This document shows positions 27,835 through 35,792 of a stretch of 64,000 nt of DNA, one piece after another. The stretch is taken from positions 3,925 through 67,924 of the forward strand of contig QHUJ01000118.1 of NCBI GenBank assembly GCA_003221895.1. The letters are read 5' to 3'. A model generated the notes under the pieces. The model saw only the letters and a program-made list of their open reading frames with translations. It was not told the origin of the DNA and did not search any database. Positions within the stretch are counted from its first letter, which is position 1, and the number at the start of each line of letters is the position of its first letter. Source of the DNA: Gemmatimonadota bacterium (lineage in GTDB: Bacteria > Gemmatimonadota > Gemmatimonadetes > Gemmatimonadales > GWC2-71-9). Both the position numbers and the translations under genes were made by a program.

Positions 27835-29093
27835 TAACGCCGTTCCAGCACCATCGCGAAGCCCATGCCGCCCTGGGCGCACACGGAGATCAGTCCGTAT
27901 TGCACGTCGCGGCGCTTCATCTCGTTGGAGAGCGTCGTGACGAGCCGGCCGCCTGTCGCTCCGAACGGATGCCCGATGGCGATGGATCCACCCATCACAT
28001 TGATGATGTCCTCGTTGATCTCCCACCCTTTCGCGGCAAAGCCCTGGAGGTTGGAGAGGACCTGGGACGCGAACGCCTCGTGCAGCTCGATCAAGCCGAG
28101 GTCCTTCCACTGGATGCCCGCGCGCTCCAGTGCCTTGGGGACAGCGAAGATCGGCGCCTGCAGCAGCTGCCAGCCGGGGTCCACGGCGGCCACGGCGTAG
28201 GAGCGGATGTAGCTGAGCGGCTCGTACCCCAGTGCCTGCGCGGCCTCCGAGCTCATGAGCAGAACCGCGGAAGCGCCGTCAGTCAGCGGGGAGGAGTTTG
28301 CCGCGGTGACGCTGCCGTAGCGACGATCAAAGACGGGCTTCAGCTTTGCCATCTGCTCGAGCGATGTGTCTGTTCTGATGCCGTTGTCCTGCTGCAGGAC
28401 GGGCGCGCCCGGCTTGCTCGAGAGCCAGGGGACGATCTCGGCAGTGAGCCTGCCGTCGGCGGTGCCCTTCGCGGCGAGCGTATGGCTGCGCAGCGCCCAT
28501 CGGTCCTGGTCTTCCCGCGAGATGTGATTCTCCTTCGCCATCTTCTCGGCCGACTGCCCCATCGACTCGCCGGTGGACGGCTCGGCGATGGCGGGCGCGA
28601 CGGGAACCAGGTCGCGTGGTCGGATCTTCGCGAAGGTTTTGACGCGCGCGCCCAACGACCTGGCCTTACTCGCCTCCACCAGGATGTCCGCCAACCGGCG
28701 CGAGGCGAGGATCGGAATGTCCGACAGCGCTTCGGCGCCGCCTGCAATCATGATGTTCGCGTTGCCGAGTGCGATCTGGTCGTGGGCGGAGCTAACTGCT
28801 TGATTGGAGGAGGCGCAGGCGCGATTCAGGGTGTATGCGGGGATTTCCTTGGGAAACTGCGGCAGCAGGCTGACTTCGCGCCCGATGTTCGGTACCAACG
28901 CCGACGGCACGACCTGGCCAAACACGACCTCGTCGACCTCATCCCCGTCCAGGTTGGTGCGCTCCAGCAGCTCGCGCGTCGCATAGCGGGCGAGGTCGAC
29001 GGCACGCACATCCTTGAGCGACGTGCCGGCTTTGCTGAACGGTGTCCGGACGCCGGCGACTACCGCCACGCGCCGACCGTTGAGACCGGGCAT
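27834..29093 (-). CDS. fadI: Acetyl-CoA C-acyltransferase (thiolase, FadI/FadA-like)
   Basis: Active-site Cys NRACASSNQAV, C-terminal VCAQGGMGFAMVLE. ATG 29093 is preceded by GGGAGGGAG. Confidence 0.92.
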   Translation of the reverse strand: MPGLNGRRVAVVAGVRTPFSKAGTSLKDVRAVDLARYATRELLERTNLDGDEVDEVVFGQVVPSALVPNIGREVSLLPQFPKEIPAYTLNRACASSNQAVSSAHDQIALGNANIMIAGGAEALSDIPILASRRLADILVEASKARSLGARVKTFAKIRPRDLVPVAPAIAEPSTGESMGQSAEKMAKENHISREDQDRWALRSHTLAAKGTADGRLTAEIVPWLSSKPGAPVLQQDNGIRTDTSLEQMAKLKPVFDRRYGSVTAANSSPLTDGASAVLLMSSEAAQALGYEPLSYIRSYAVAAVDPGWQLLQAPIFAVPKALERAGIQWKDLGLIELHEAFASQVLSNLQGFAAKGWEINEDIINVMGGSIAIGHPFGATGGRLVTTLSNEMKRRDVQYGLISVCAQGGMGFAMVLERR

Positions 29094-29209
29094 TAGATTC
29101 TCCCTCCCTGAATTCACAGGCTAAAGCCTGCGCTCGGCCGGCAGCGTCCTGAAGGACATGCGTCGCCGAACAGACTCGAAACCTACCACCCCGTGAAAGT
29201 GGAGGGGAG

Positions 29210-30880
29210 TTGGCCGGCGAATCGCCCTTCTCGTATCAATCGCGCGCCAGCGCTCTCGACTCGATGGCCGAAGGCTCGGTCGACGTGCTGGTCATTGGTG
29301 GCGGCATCACGGGCGCGGGTATCGCACGCGACGCGGCGCTGCGCGGCTTTCGGACCGCCCTGGTCGACAAATCGGACTTTGGGGCTGGGACGTCCTCACA
29401 CTCATCGCGCCTCATTCACGGCGGCATCCGCTATCTCGAGCAGGGGGCGCTGCACCTCGTGTTCGAGGCGAGTCACGAGCGCCGGGTGCTGCTGCGCATC
29501 GCCCCGCACCTCGTGCGTCCACTGGCATTCCTCTTTCCTATATACAAAGGCGGCCGGGTTCCCGGTTGGAAGCTCCGCGCGGGCATGTGGCTCTACGACA
29601 TTCTGTCGTCGTTTCGCAACGTGAAACGGCATCGCTGGCTGCGAGCCAAAAACGTGCGTCGCGAGGAGCCGGCGTTGCGCGATAAAGGCCTGGTCGGTGC
29701 GGCGCTGTACTACGACGCCCAGGTGGACGACGCGCGCCTCGTGATCGCGACAATGCGGGCAGCCGCACGAGCCGGCGCGCTCGTCGCCAACTACGCCGAG
29801 ATCACCTCGTTGCTGAAACCCGACGGCCGGGTACGAGGCGCGATCGTCCGCGATGTGCTCACAGGTCAGACGGTCATGATTCGGGCGAACGTCGTGGTGA
29901 ACGCCACCGGTCCGTGGTCGGACGAAGTGCGCCGGCTCGACGATCCTCACGGAGCCTTACTGCTTCGACCCACGAAGGGCGCCCACGCCGCAGTGCCGCG
30001 ACGCCGGATCGCCAATGAACATGCGGTGACGTTGTTCTCGCCGATCGACGGCCGCGTCATGTTCGTGCTGCCGTGGGGCGATCTGTCGTACATCGGAACG
30101 ACCGACACCGATGCCGATTCATCGCCCGATTCACCGGGCGTCACGGCCGCCGACGTCACGTATCTGCTGCGCTCGGCGAATGCCGCGTTCCCCGATGCCC
30201 ATCTCACTGCGAAGGACGTGGTATCCGTGTGGGCCGGACTGCGCCCGCTGCTCCGCCAGGACAAGCAAACCAATCCCTCGGGCGTGTCACGCGAGCACCA
30301 GGTCATCGAGAGTCCGCACGGACTCATCACAATTGCCGGCGGCAAGTTGACGACCTACCGGGTCATGGCGCGCGATGTGGTGGATCGCGTCGCCAAGCGA
30401 CTGCGCGAGTTGGACGGGCGTCCCGTCGCCGGGCGACCTCCGACGGACCGGCTGCCGCTTCCCGGCGGAGAGGCCGCCGAGCTGCAGATCCTGATCGAAG
30501 CAGCCCGCGCCCGAGGAGCAGCGGACGTCACCGCTCAGCATCTCATCGCCTACTACGGCAGCGAGGCCGCCGCGGTCTTGAACCTCGTCGAGCGCGAGCG
30601 TGCGCTCGGTGCACCGATGGTGCGTGGCCGGCCCGAGATCTGGGCGGAGGTCGTGTACGCCGTCGAACGAGAAATGGCGATGCGTGTCCAGGATGTCATG
30701 ATCCGGCGACTGCATCTGTTTTACGAGACGCGCGACCAGGCCCGCGACGTAGTTGCGGCGGTGGCCGCGCGAATGAAACCGCTGCTCGGTTGGGACGACG
30801 TCCGCGAGGCCGAGGAGCTGCGCGACTACTTCGGGCTGGTACAACAGGCGCAGGCCTTCCGGCGCAATTCTAAGGCTTGA
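29210..30880 (+). CDS. glpD: FAD-dependent glycerol-3-phosphate dehydrogenase (start TTG 29210 or ATG 29264)
   Basis: DVLVIGGGITGAGIARDAALRG, SSHSSRLIHGGIRYLEQG; 556 aa with a GlpD-type C-terminal helical domain. Confidence 0.9.
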   Translation: MAGESPFSYQSRASALDSMAEGSVDVLVIGGGITGAGIARDAALRGFRTALVDKSDFGAGTSSHSSRLIHGGIRYLEQGALHLVFEASHERRVLLRIAPHLVRPLAFLFPIYKGGRVPGWKLRAGMWLYDILSSFRNVKRHRWLRAKNVRREEPALRDKGLVGAALYYDAQVDDARLVIATMRAAARAGALVANYAEITSLLKPDGRVRGAIVRDVLTGQTVMIRANVVVNATGPWSDEVRRLDDPHGALLLRPTKGAHAAVPRRRIANEHAVTLFSPIDGRVMFVLPWGDLSYIGTTDTDADSSPDSPGVTAADVTYLLRSANAAFPDAHLTAKDVVSVWAGLRPLLRQDKQTNPSGVSREHQVIESPHGLITIAGGKLTTYRVMARDVVDRVAKRLRELDGRPVAGRPPTDRLPLPGGEAAELQILIEAARARGAADVTAQHLIAYYGSEAAAVLNLVERERALGAPMVRGRPEIWAEVVYAVEREMAMRVQDVMIRRLHLFYETRDQARDVVAAVAARMKPLLGWDDVREAEELRDYFGLVQQAQAFRRNSKA

Positions 30881-32138
30881 CCTTCACGCTCGGCCGCACG
30901 CGGACGCGTGGATGCTCATCCTCATCGTCGTTGATCTGACGTAACGCCCACGTCGCGGCGCGGCGCACGGAGCCCGCCTCGTCCTGCTGGGCCGCCACCA
31001 AACCTTCTCGCGCGCGCGGGCTCTCGATCTCACCCAAGGCCCATGCCGCCGTCGCGCGCACGTCGATGTCACTATCCTTGAGTGCGGCGACCAGCGGCTC
31101 GACCGCGCGGTCGTCCTCGATCTCGCCTAGCGCCCACGCGGCCAGTGCCCGGACGTCGGGATCCGAATCCTTGAGTGCCGCCGCCGCCGGTGTCACGGCG
31201 GCGCCGTCTTCGATTTCTCCGAGGGCCCAGATCGCGGTCTTGCGCACCTCGAGGTTGGGATCGCGCAGCAGCGGCTCGAGCGCGCTGATTCCCTGCGCAC
31301 TCTCGATTTCGCCTAGCGCCCAGGCGGTGGCCTGTCTCACGCGAGGCTCACGATCCTTCGTCGCGGTCGTGAGGACCGAAACGGCGGACGCATCTTCGAT
31401 TTCACCCAGGGCCCAAACCGCGACGATGCGCACGTCCAGGGACTGATCCTTGAGGGCGACGCTGAGCGGTTGGACGGCGCGCTTGTCTTCGATTTCCCCC
31501 AAAGCCCACGCCGCGGTGCGCCGCACGCCGGCGTCGCGATCACTCAGCGCGCGCGCGAGCGCATCGATCGCGACCTTCTCTTCGATTTCCCCAAGCGCCC
31601 AAGCGGCCGTCAACCGCACCGCCGGGCTCTCGTCGCCGCTGAGCGCGTCGCTCAGCGGCGTGATCGACCTGGAGTCCTCGAGCTCGCCGAGTCCGAGTGC
31701 CCCGGTCTCACGCAGATCGGCGCGACTGTCGCGCAGCAGCGAGAGGAAAAGGTCGTAGGTTCCGGACCCGCCTTGCCGTCCCAGAGCTCGAGCGGAGATG
31801 TTGCGGACGCAACGGTTGTCGTCGCGCATGAAACCCCGAAACGCGCGCACCACCGCTGGATCGAGGTCGTGGTTCTTGTGAGGCATGTCCACATGGAAGC
31901 CGACTCCTCCGCCGCCGGGCGTCGGCATCGGGGTCGGCATCGGACGCGGCATGGGCATGCCGGGATCCGATAAGCCCCAGCCCCAAAAGCCGCCGTAATT
32001 GGTCAGCGCCTCGCCCGCGAGCGCGCACACCGTGGAGTCGCTGGTCTTGAGCTGACTCAGCACCCGCGTAACAGTGGCGGAGTCGAGGGGAGGACGGTTT
32101 TGGACGACGAGCAGGACGGCGAGCAACGGTGCGAGCAT
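30870..32138 (-). CDS. HEAT/PBS-lyase-like repeat protein, secreted or membrane-anchored
   Basis: ATG 32138 gives MLAPLLAVLLVVQ. About 9-10 consecutive 31-aa repeats of the form AAWALGEIED..AV.PL..ALKD.D..VR. Confidence 0.88.
   Translation of the reverse strand: MLAPLLAVLLVVQNRPPLDSATVTRVLSQLKTSDSTVCALAGEALTNYGGFWGWGLSDPGMPMPRPMPTPMPTPGGGGVGFHVDMPHKNHDLDPAVVRAFRGFMRDDNRCVRNISARALGRQGGSGTYDLFLSLLRDSRADLRETGALGLGELEDSRSITPLSDALSGDESPAVRLTAAWALGEIEEKVAIDALARALSDRDAGVRRTAAWALGEIEDKRAVQPLSVALKDQSLDVRIVAVWALGEIEDASAVSVLTTATKDREPRVRQATAWALGEIESAQGISALEPLLRDPNLEVRKTAIWALGEIEDGAAVTPAAAALKDSDPDVRALAAWALGEIEDDRAVEPLVAALKDSDIDVRATAAWALGEIESPRAREGLVAAQQDEAGSVRRAATWALRQINDDEDEHPRVRVRPSVKVKP
30960..31610 (-). 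repeat. Seven well-conserved tandem 93-nt (31-codon) HEAT-like repeat units within the coding sequence (weaker copies extend to about 30915-31823)
   Basis: Repeated peptide TAAWALGEIE(D/E/S) at exact 31-residue spacing in the translation. Confidence 0.85.
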
Positions 32139-32179
32139 GGGAATCCCGGGTGGAGGATACGCGGGTTTGGATAGGAAGA

Positions 32180-33049
32180 ATGGGCGAAAGGTTGCCGCCC
32201 CGGGAATTGCCGGTATTATCCCGCCGGGTGCGCCCAAGTTTTTGCCTCCTTCTCGTTTGCGCCGGTGTACACGCCGCCTGCACTCGGGTCGAGCCGCCAC
32301 CTGCGGCGGCGACGACGCGCGGCCCGGCCGACTCCCTCATACCGGCTGGCCCATTTGGGGCAGCCGTGCGACGAGGACGTGCGATTCTCTCGGCCACGCA
32401 CGACAGCCTCCCTGATCACGTCGGCAACAAGCTGCGCTGTACGAGCTGTCATTTGGACGCCGGGCGGCGCGAGAATGGCACGTGGGTCGGCGTTTTCGCG
32501 CGTTATCCGCAGTACCGCCCCCGCAGCGGTGCCGTCGAGACCATCGAGTATCGCGTGAACGACTGCTTTCGCCGCAGCATGAACGGCACGGCGATCGATC
32601 CTGCTGGACACGAGATGCGCGACATCCTCGCGTACTTCGCGTTTCTCTCGCAAGGCACGACGATCGCGGGGCCCGCGGCAGGGAGTAGCTCGCGGCTGCA
32701 GAAGTGGGCGGCGTTCACCGCGGATACCGGCGCCGGCGCGCGCGTGTTTGCCGCGTCCTGCGCCAAGTGCCACGGCGTGTCGGGGGAGGGCACCGCCGTC
32801 GCGCCGCCGGTCTGGGGGCCGCAGTCCTACAATCTCGGGGCGGGCATGACGCGCGTCCGCACCGCTGCCGAGTTCGTCAGCCGCAACATGCCGTTCGATG
32901 CGCCCGGTACGCTCCCCGACAGCCAGGCGTTCAACGTTGCGGCGTACATCAACGGGCATCCCCGTCCCGATTTCCGGGGCAAGGAAAATGATTGGCCGAA
33001 TGGCGATCCACCACCCGATGTGGCTTATCCCACAAAGGCACACCACTGA
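32180..33049 (+). CDS. Dihaem c-type cytochrome, TsdA-like (thiosulfate dehydrogenase family), secreted; start ATG 32180 (ORF track GTG 32129)
   Basis: Two CxxCH motifs (CTSCH, CAKCH). A conserved Cys in RVNDCFRRSMNG lies 38 residues after the first haem His (candidate His/Cys ligation, as in TsdA/SoxA). An NMP Met lies after the second haem. Signal-like SFCLLLVCAGVHAA. Confidence 0.8.
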   Translation: MGERLPPRELPVLSRRVRPSFCLLLVCAGVHAACTRVEPPPAAATTRGPADSLIPAGPFGAAVRRGRAILSATHDSLPDHVGNKLRCTSCHLDAGRRENGTWVGVFARYPQYRPRSGAVETIEYRVNDCFRRSMNGTAIDPAGHEMRDILAYFAFLSQGTTIAGPAAGSSSRLQKWAAFTADTGAGARVFAASCAKCHGVSGEGTAVAPPVWGPQSYNLGAGMTRVRTAAEFVSRNMPFDAPGTLPDSQAFNVAAYINGHPRPDFRGKENDWPNGDPPPDVAYPTKAHH

Positions 33050-33060
33050 GGAGGCATCCG

Positions 33061-33735
33061 ATGTTCGAGTTCGATCACGTTACCACCCACCGTCGTGGGT
33101 TCCTGGGGACACTCGCCGCGACGGTCGCGGCGGGCCTCACGACCATGACGCCGCTGCGCCTCGAGGCCAAGCCGCGCGCGCATTCGAGCACCGGCATGGA
33201 CGCGTCGTTCGAAGCGTGGCTCAACAAGATCACGGGGAAGCACAAGATGTTGTTCGACGCGCCTGAGGCAAACCAGGGGATGCCGGTCGTCTGGCCGCGC
33301 GTCTGGCTCAACGGCAACAACGAGAACTACGGCACCAAGGACGCCGAAAACTCAGCCGTGATCGTGCTGCGGCACGCCGCGATTCCCATCGCAATGAAGG
33401 ACGAGCTGTGGGCGAAGTACAAGCTTGGCGAGGTGTTCGGGATCAAGGAAGGCGAAGCCGCAGCCGCCCGTAACATTTTTGCCAAGCAGATGCCGTTGCC
33501 GCTGCCCGGCACGGGTCTCGAGGCGTTGCTCGCCAGCGGCGCACAGGTCGGTTGCTGCAACGTCGCACTCACCGTGTACAGTGGCATGGTCGCGCAGAAG
33601 ATGAGCATGGATGCAGCCGCGGTGAAAGCGGAATGGGTTGCCGGACTGCTCCCCGGTGTGCAGGTCGTGCCGTCGGGCGTGCTGGCGGTGGCGAGAGCAC
33701 AGGAGAAGGGCTGCGCGTACTGCTTCGCTGGGTGA
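33061..33735 (+). CDS. Tat-exported DsrE/DsrF-like family protein
   Basis: GAGGAGG SD then ATG 33061. Twin-arginine signal THRRGFLGTLAATVAAGL. DsrE-like pattern HKMLFD...VIVLRHAAIP...LASGAQVGCCNVAL...VQVVPSGVLAVARAQEKGCAY. Confidence 0.65.
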   Translation: MFEFDHVTTHRRGFLGTLAATVAAGLTTMTPLRLEAKPRAHSSTGMDASFEAWLNKITGKHKMLFDAPEANQGMPVVWPRVWLNGNNENYGTKDAENSAVIVLRHAAIPIAMKDELWAKYKLGEVFGIKEGEAAAARNIFAKQMPLPLPGTGLEALLASGAQVGCCNVALTVYSGMVAQKMSMDAAAVKAEWVAGLLPGVQVVPSGVLAVARAQEKGCAYCFAG

Positions 33736-33765
33736 GCTGAGGCAGGTCGGTGGAGAATGGTGGAG

Positions 33766-33796
33766 GGTGGTGGAGGTTTCACCATCCTCCACCACC
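33766..33796. terminator. Perfect 11-bp GC-rich hairpin GGTGGTGGAGG-tttcaccat-CCTCCACCACC between convergent genes; candidate bidirectional terminator
   Basis: Read directly. It is followed by TATTTCC on the + strand and sits between the stop at 33735 (+) and the stop at 33796 (-). Confidence 0.55.
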
Positions 33797-34788
33797 TATT
33801 TCCAGCCCCTCAAGCTCCTCACATAGTCGTGAAGCACCAGGAATTTTTCGTACACCCGAACACCCTTCCTCTTCCTCCCAAACTCACTGAACAACTCGCG
33901 CAACCTGCCGCGCCGTGCCACGTAGAACCGGAACGTCTCGGCGAAGTCCTCCTGGGGGTGCGTCGCCGCATAGGCGCTGACGTAGTCGGTCAGGGTCGTC
34001 GCGATGCGGCGGCGCTCGAAATCGACCCAGTGCTCGTCCGCGACGCGATAGGCCTTGCGCACTTCGCCGAACGCGCGCCGGAATCGGCCGCTGCGCGTCC
34101 ACGACCAGTGATGATAGAGGAACGAGTGGCCCAGCTCGTGGAGCAGGAGACCGGTCAGCATGTTCCACGAAATCTCGTCGCGCCGCCGCTTGCCGGTGAC
34201 GTAGCGGCGGTCCAGCTCGATGACTTTCGGCGCCCGAGGGGCGACACCGGAAACGCCGGGCCGCAGTGCCACCCGGTAGTGCCAGTCGCGAATGCGCGAC
34301 ACGATCAACAGGCGGCGGGCGCGGCGCAGCGCCCGCGGGATCAAATCGCGCCCGGTCGCGTCCTCACCGCACCACGGGCACGTCGCCATCCAGTCGTCCA
34401 CCCCGCGGTCGCAGTGGGGGCAGACGTTCTGGAAATCCTCGTACTTCCAGGTTTGCGCGCGGCCGCACCAGGGACAAAACCGCATCGGGTACATGACGCC
34501 GCCGCCGCATCCCCACTCGCAGCGACGGTGGAACTTGAATCCCTTGGGCGCCTTGAGCGGCTCGTCGCTCGAATCCTCGTCCTGGATGTTGCGGCCACAC
34601 CAGGGGCAGAACGACGCTGCGTCGGACACGATCCAACCACAGTATGCGCACTCGGCGTTCGTCTCACGCTGCGTGTCCTTCCACTCGAGGCGCCGGCCGC
34701 AGCTCGGACAGTAGCCCCAGAAGCGTTGCAGCTCGGTGTGGCAGCGGGAGCAGCGCAGCTCGGGCGTGGGGACTTCGCGGCGGCTCAT
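33796..34788 (-). CDS. Four tandem zinc-ribbon modules fused to a putative zinc metallopeptidase (HExxH) domain
   Basis: CSRC..x12..CPSCG; CAYCG..x10..CPWCG; CEWGC..x10..CPWCG; CPHCD..x9..CPWCG; then LLHELGHSF and PQEDFAETFRFY. The start overlaps the ATP-grasp stop by 4 nt. Confidence 0.85.
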   Translation of the reverse strand: MSRREVPTPELRCSRCHTELQRFWGYCPSCGRRLEWKDTQRETNAECAYCGWIVSDAASFCPWCGRNIQDEDSSDEPLKAPKGFKFHRRCEWGCGGGVMYPMRFCPWCGRAQTWKYEDFQNVCPHCDRGVDDWMATCPWCGEDATGRDLIPRALRRARRLLIVSRIRDWHYRVALRPGVSGVAPRAPKVIELDRRYVTGKRRRDEISWNMLTGLLLHELGHSFLYHHWSWTRSGRFRRAFGEVRKAYRVADEHWVDFERRRIATTLTDYVSAYAATHPQEDFAETFRFYVARRGRLRELFSEFGRKRKGVRVYEKFLVLHDYVRSLRGWK

Positions 34789-35783
34789 CGCGCCAACGCC
34801 TCGTCGACGATGCGCTGAACGAAGGCGTTGTACTTGAGCCCGGCCTTCTCCGCCGCCTCCGCCATCTCATGCTCGGCGGCGATGAACGGATTGGGATTCA
34901 CCTCCAGGACGTACACCTCGTCGTCGTGCGCCACGCGCACGTCCACGCGCCCGTAGTCCTGAAGCCAGAGGGCGTGAAACGCGGTGCGGCAGATCTCGCC
35001 GATCCGCTGAGTCAGGTCGTCGGACACTCCCTTGGCGAACACGTTCCTGATCTTCTTGCGCTTGCGATATTCCTCGTCCCATTTCGCCTTGTAGGTCGCA
35101 ATGCGGTGCTCGGTCGTTTCCGGCTCCCCGAATGTCATCTCCGTGAGTGGCAGCACCTCCACGTCGTCGTTGCCGATGAGCCCCACGTACAGTTCGCGAC
35201 CCTCGACCAGCTCCTCCACGATCGCGGCCTGATGGAACTTGTTGTGAATGAACTCGACGCGCTGCGTGAGGCTCTGATCGTCTTCGACCACGGACGCCTG
35301 CGCGATGCCGATCGACGCATCCTCGAGCAGCGGTTTGACGATCAGCGGAAAGCGCAGTTCCGACGGGCGCACGAGCGTGTCACCCTCGTGGAACTCGGCG
35401 AAGGCGGGCACACGAATGCCGTGGTAGGCGAGGACCTTCTTGGTGAGCGACTTGTTGCGCGCGACGAGCAGTGCCGTGGGCGATGAGCCGGTGTAGCGGT
35501 AGCCATACATGTCGAGCAGCGCCGCGATCGCGTACTCGTGCCGGGCGTTCTTGCGGAACCCTTCACAGCCGTTGAAGACGAGTTTTGGCTGGAAGGCCGC
35601 CAGACGCGCGAGCAGCGGAGCGACGTCGTCACCGATACCGATCATGCGCACATCGTGGCCACCCGTCATCAACGCGCGGGCGACGTCGTACTCCGCTTCT
35701 TCGGCCTTTTGCTCGATGGCGCGCTTGTACTCCGCATCCTCCCACTCGGGATGCAGCGAGTCGAAGATGACGGCGATCTTCAC
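34785..35783 (-). CDS. D-alanine--D-alanine ligase-like ATP-grasp enzyme (substrates unknown)
   Basis: MKIAVIFDS..., ARNKSLTKKVLAYHGIRVP, FPLIVKPLLEDASIGI, EELVEGRELYVGLIGN, GRVDVRV..DDEVYVLEVNPNP are the typical Ddl/ATP-grasp blocks. Confidence 0.88.
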   Translation of the reverse strand: MKIAVIFDSLHPEWEDAEYKRAIEQKAEEAEYDVARALMTGGHDVRMIGIGDDVAPLLARLAAFQPKLVFNGCEGFRKNARHEYAIAALLDMYGYRYTGSSPTALLVARNKSLTKKVLAYHGIRVPAFAEFHEGDTLVRPSELRFPLIVKPLLEDASIGIAQASVVEDDQSLTQRVEFIHNKFHQAAIVEELVEGRELYVGLIGNDDVEVLPLTEMTFGEPETTEHRIATYKAKWDEEYRKRKKIRNVFAKGVSDDLTQRIGEICRTAFHALWLQDYGRVDVRVAHDDEVYVLEVNPNPFIAAEHEMAEAAEKAGLKYNAFVQRIVDEALAR

Positions 35784-35792
35784 GCCACCACC

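Noticed and set aside
27835-28110. N-terminal extensions offered by the ORF track. Examples: fadJ to 28110, sufS to 59298, sufU to 59603, DHS-like to 38820, rsgA to 24615, E1 to 13858, spermidine-synthase-like to 11703
   Set aside because: In each case the extension runs into the upstream gene and is Arg-rich and non-conserved. A downstream ATG/GTG gives the family-typical N-terminus, usually with a TGATG/ATGA junction to the upstream stop or a visible SD. I trimmed the calls accordingly.
26455-29096. Two long plus-strand ORFs (460 aa and 398 aa) over the fadJ/fadI genes
   Set aside because: Antisense to genes with clear thiolase and hydratase/dehydrogenase motifs. They are Arg/Gly/Asp-rich shadow ORFs.
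29125-29138. Short palindrome CAGGCT-AA-AGCCTG in the fadI/glpD divergent region
   Set aside because: Only 6 bp per arm with a 2-nt centre. Such palindromes are expected by chance in 64 kb, and I could find no second copy or associated regulator.
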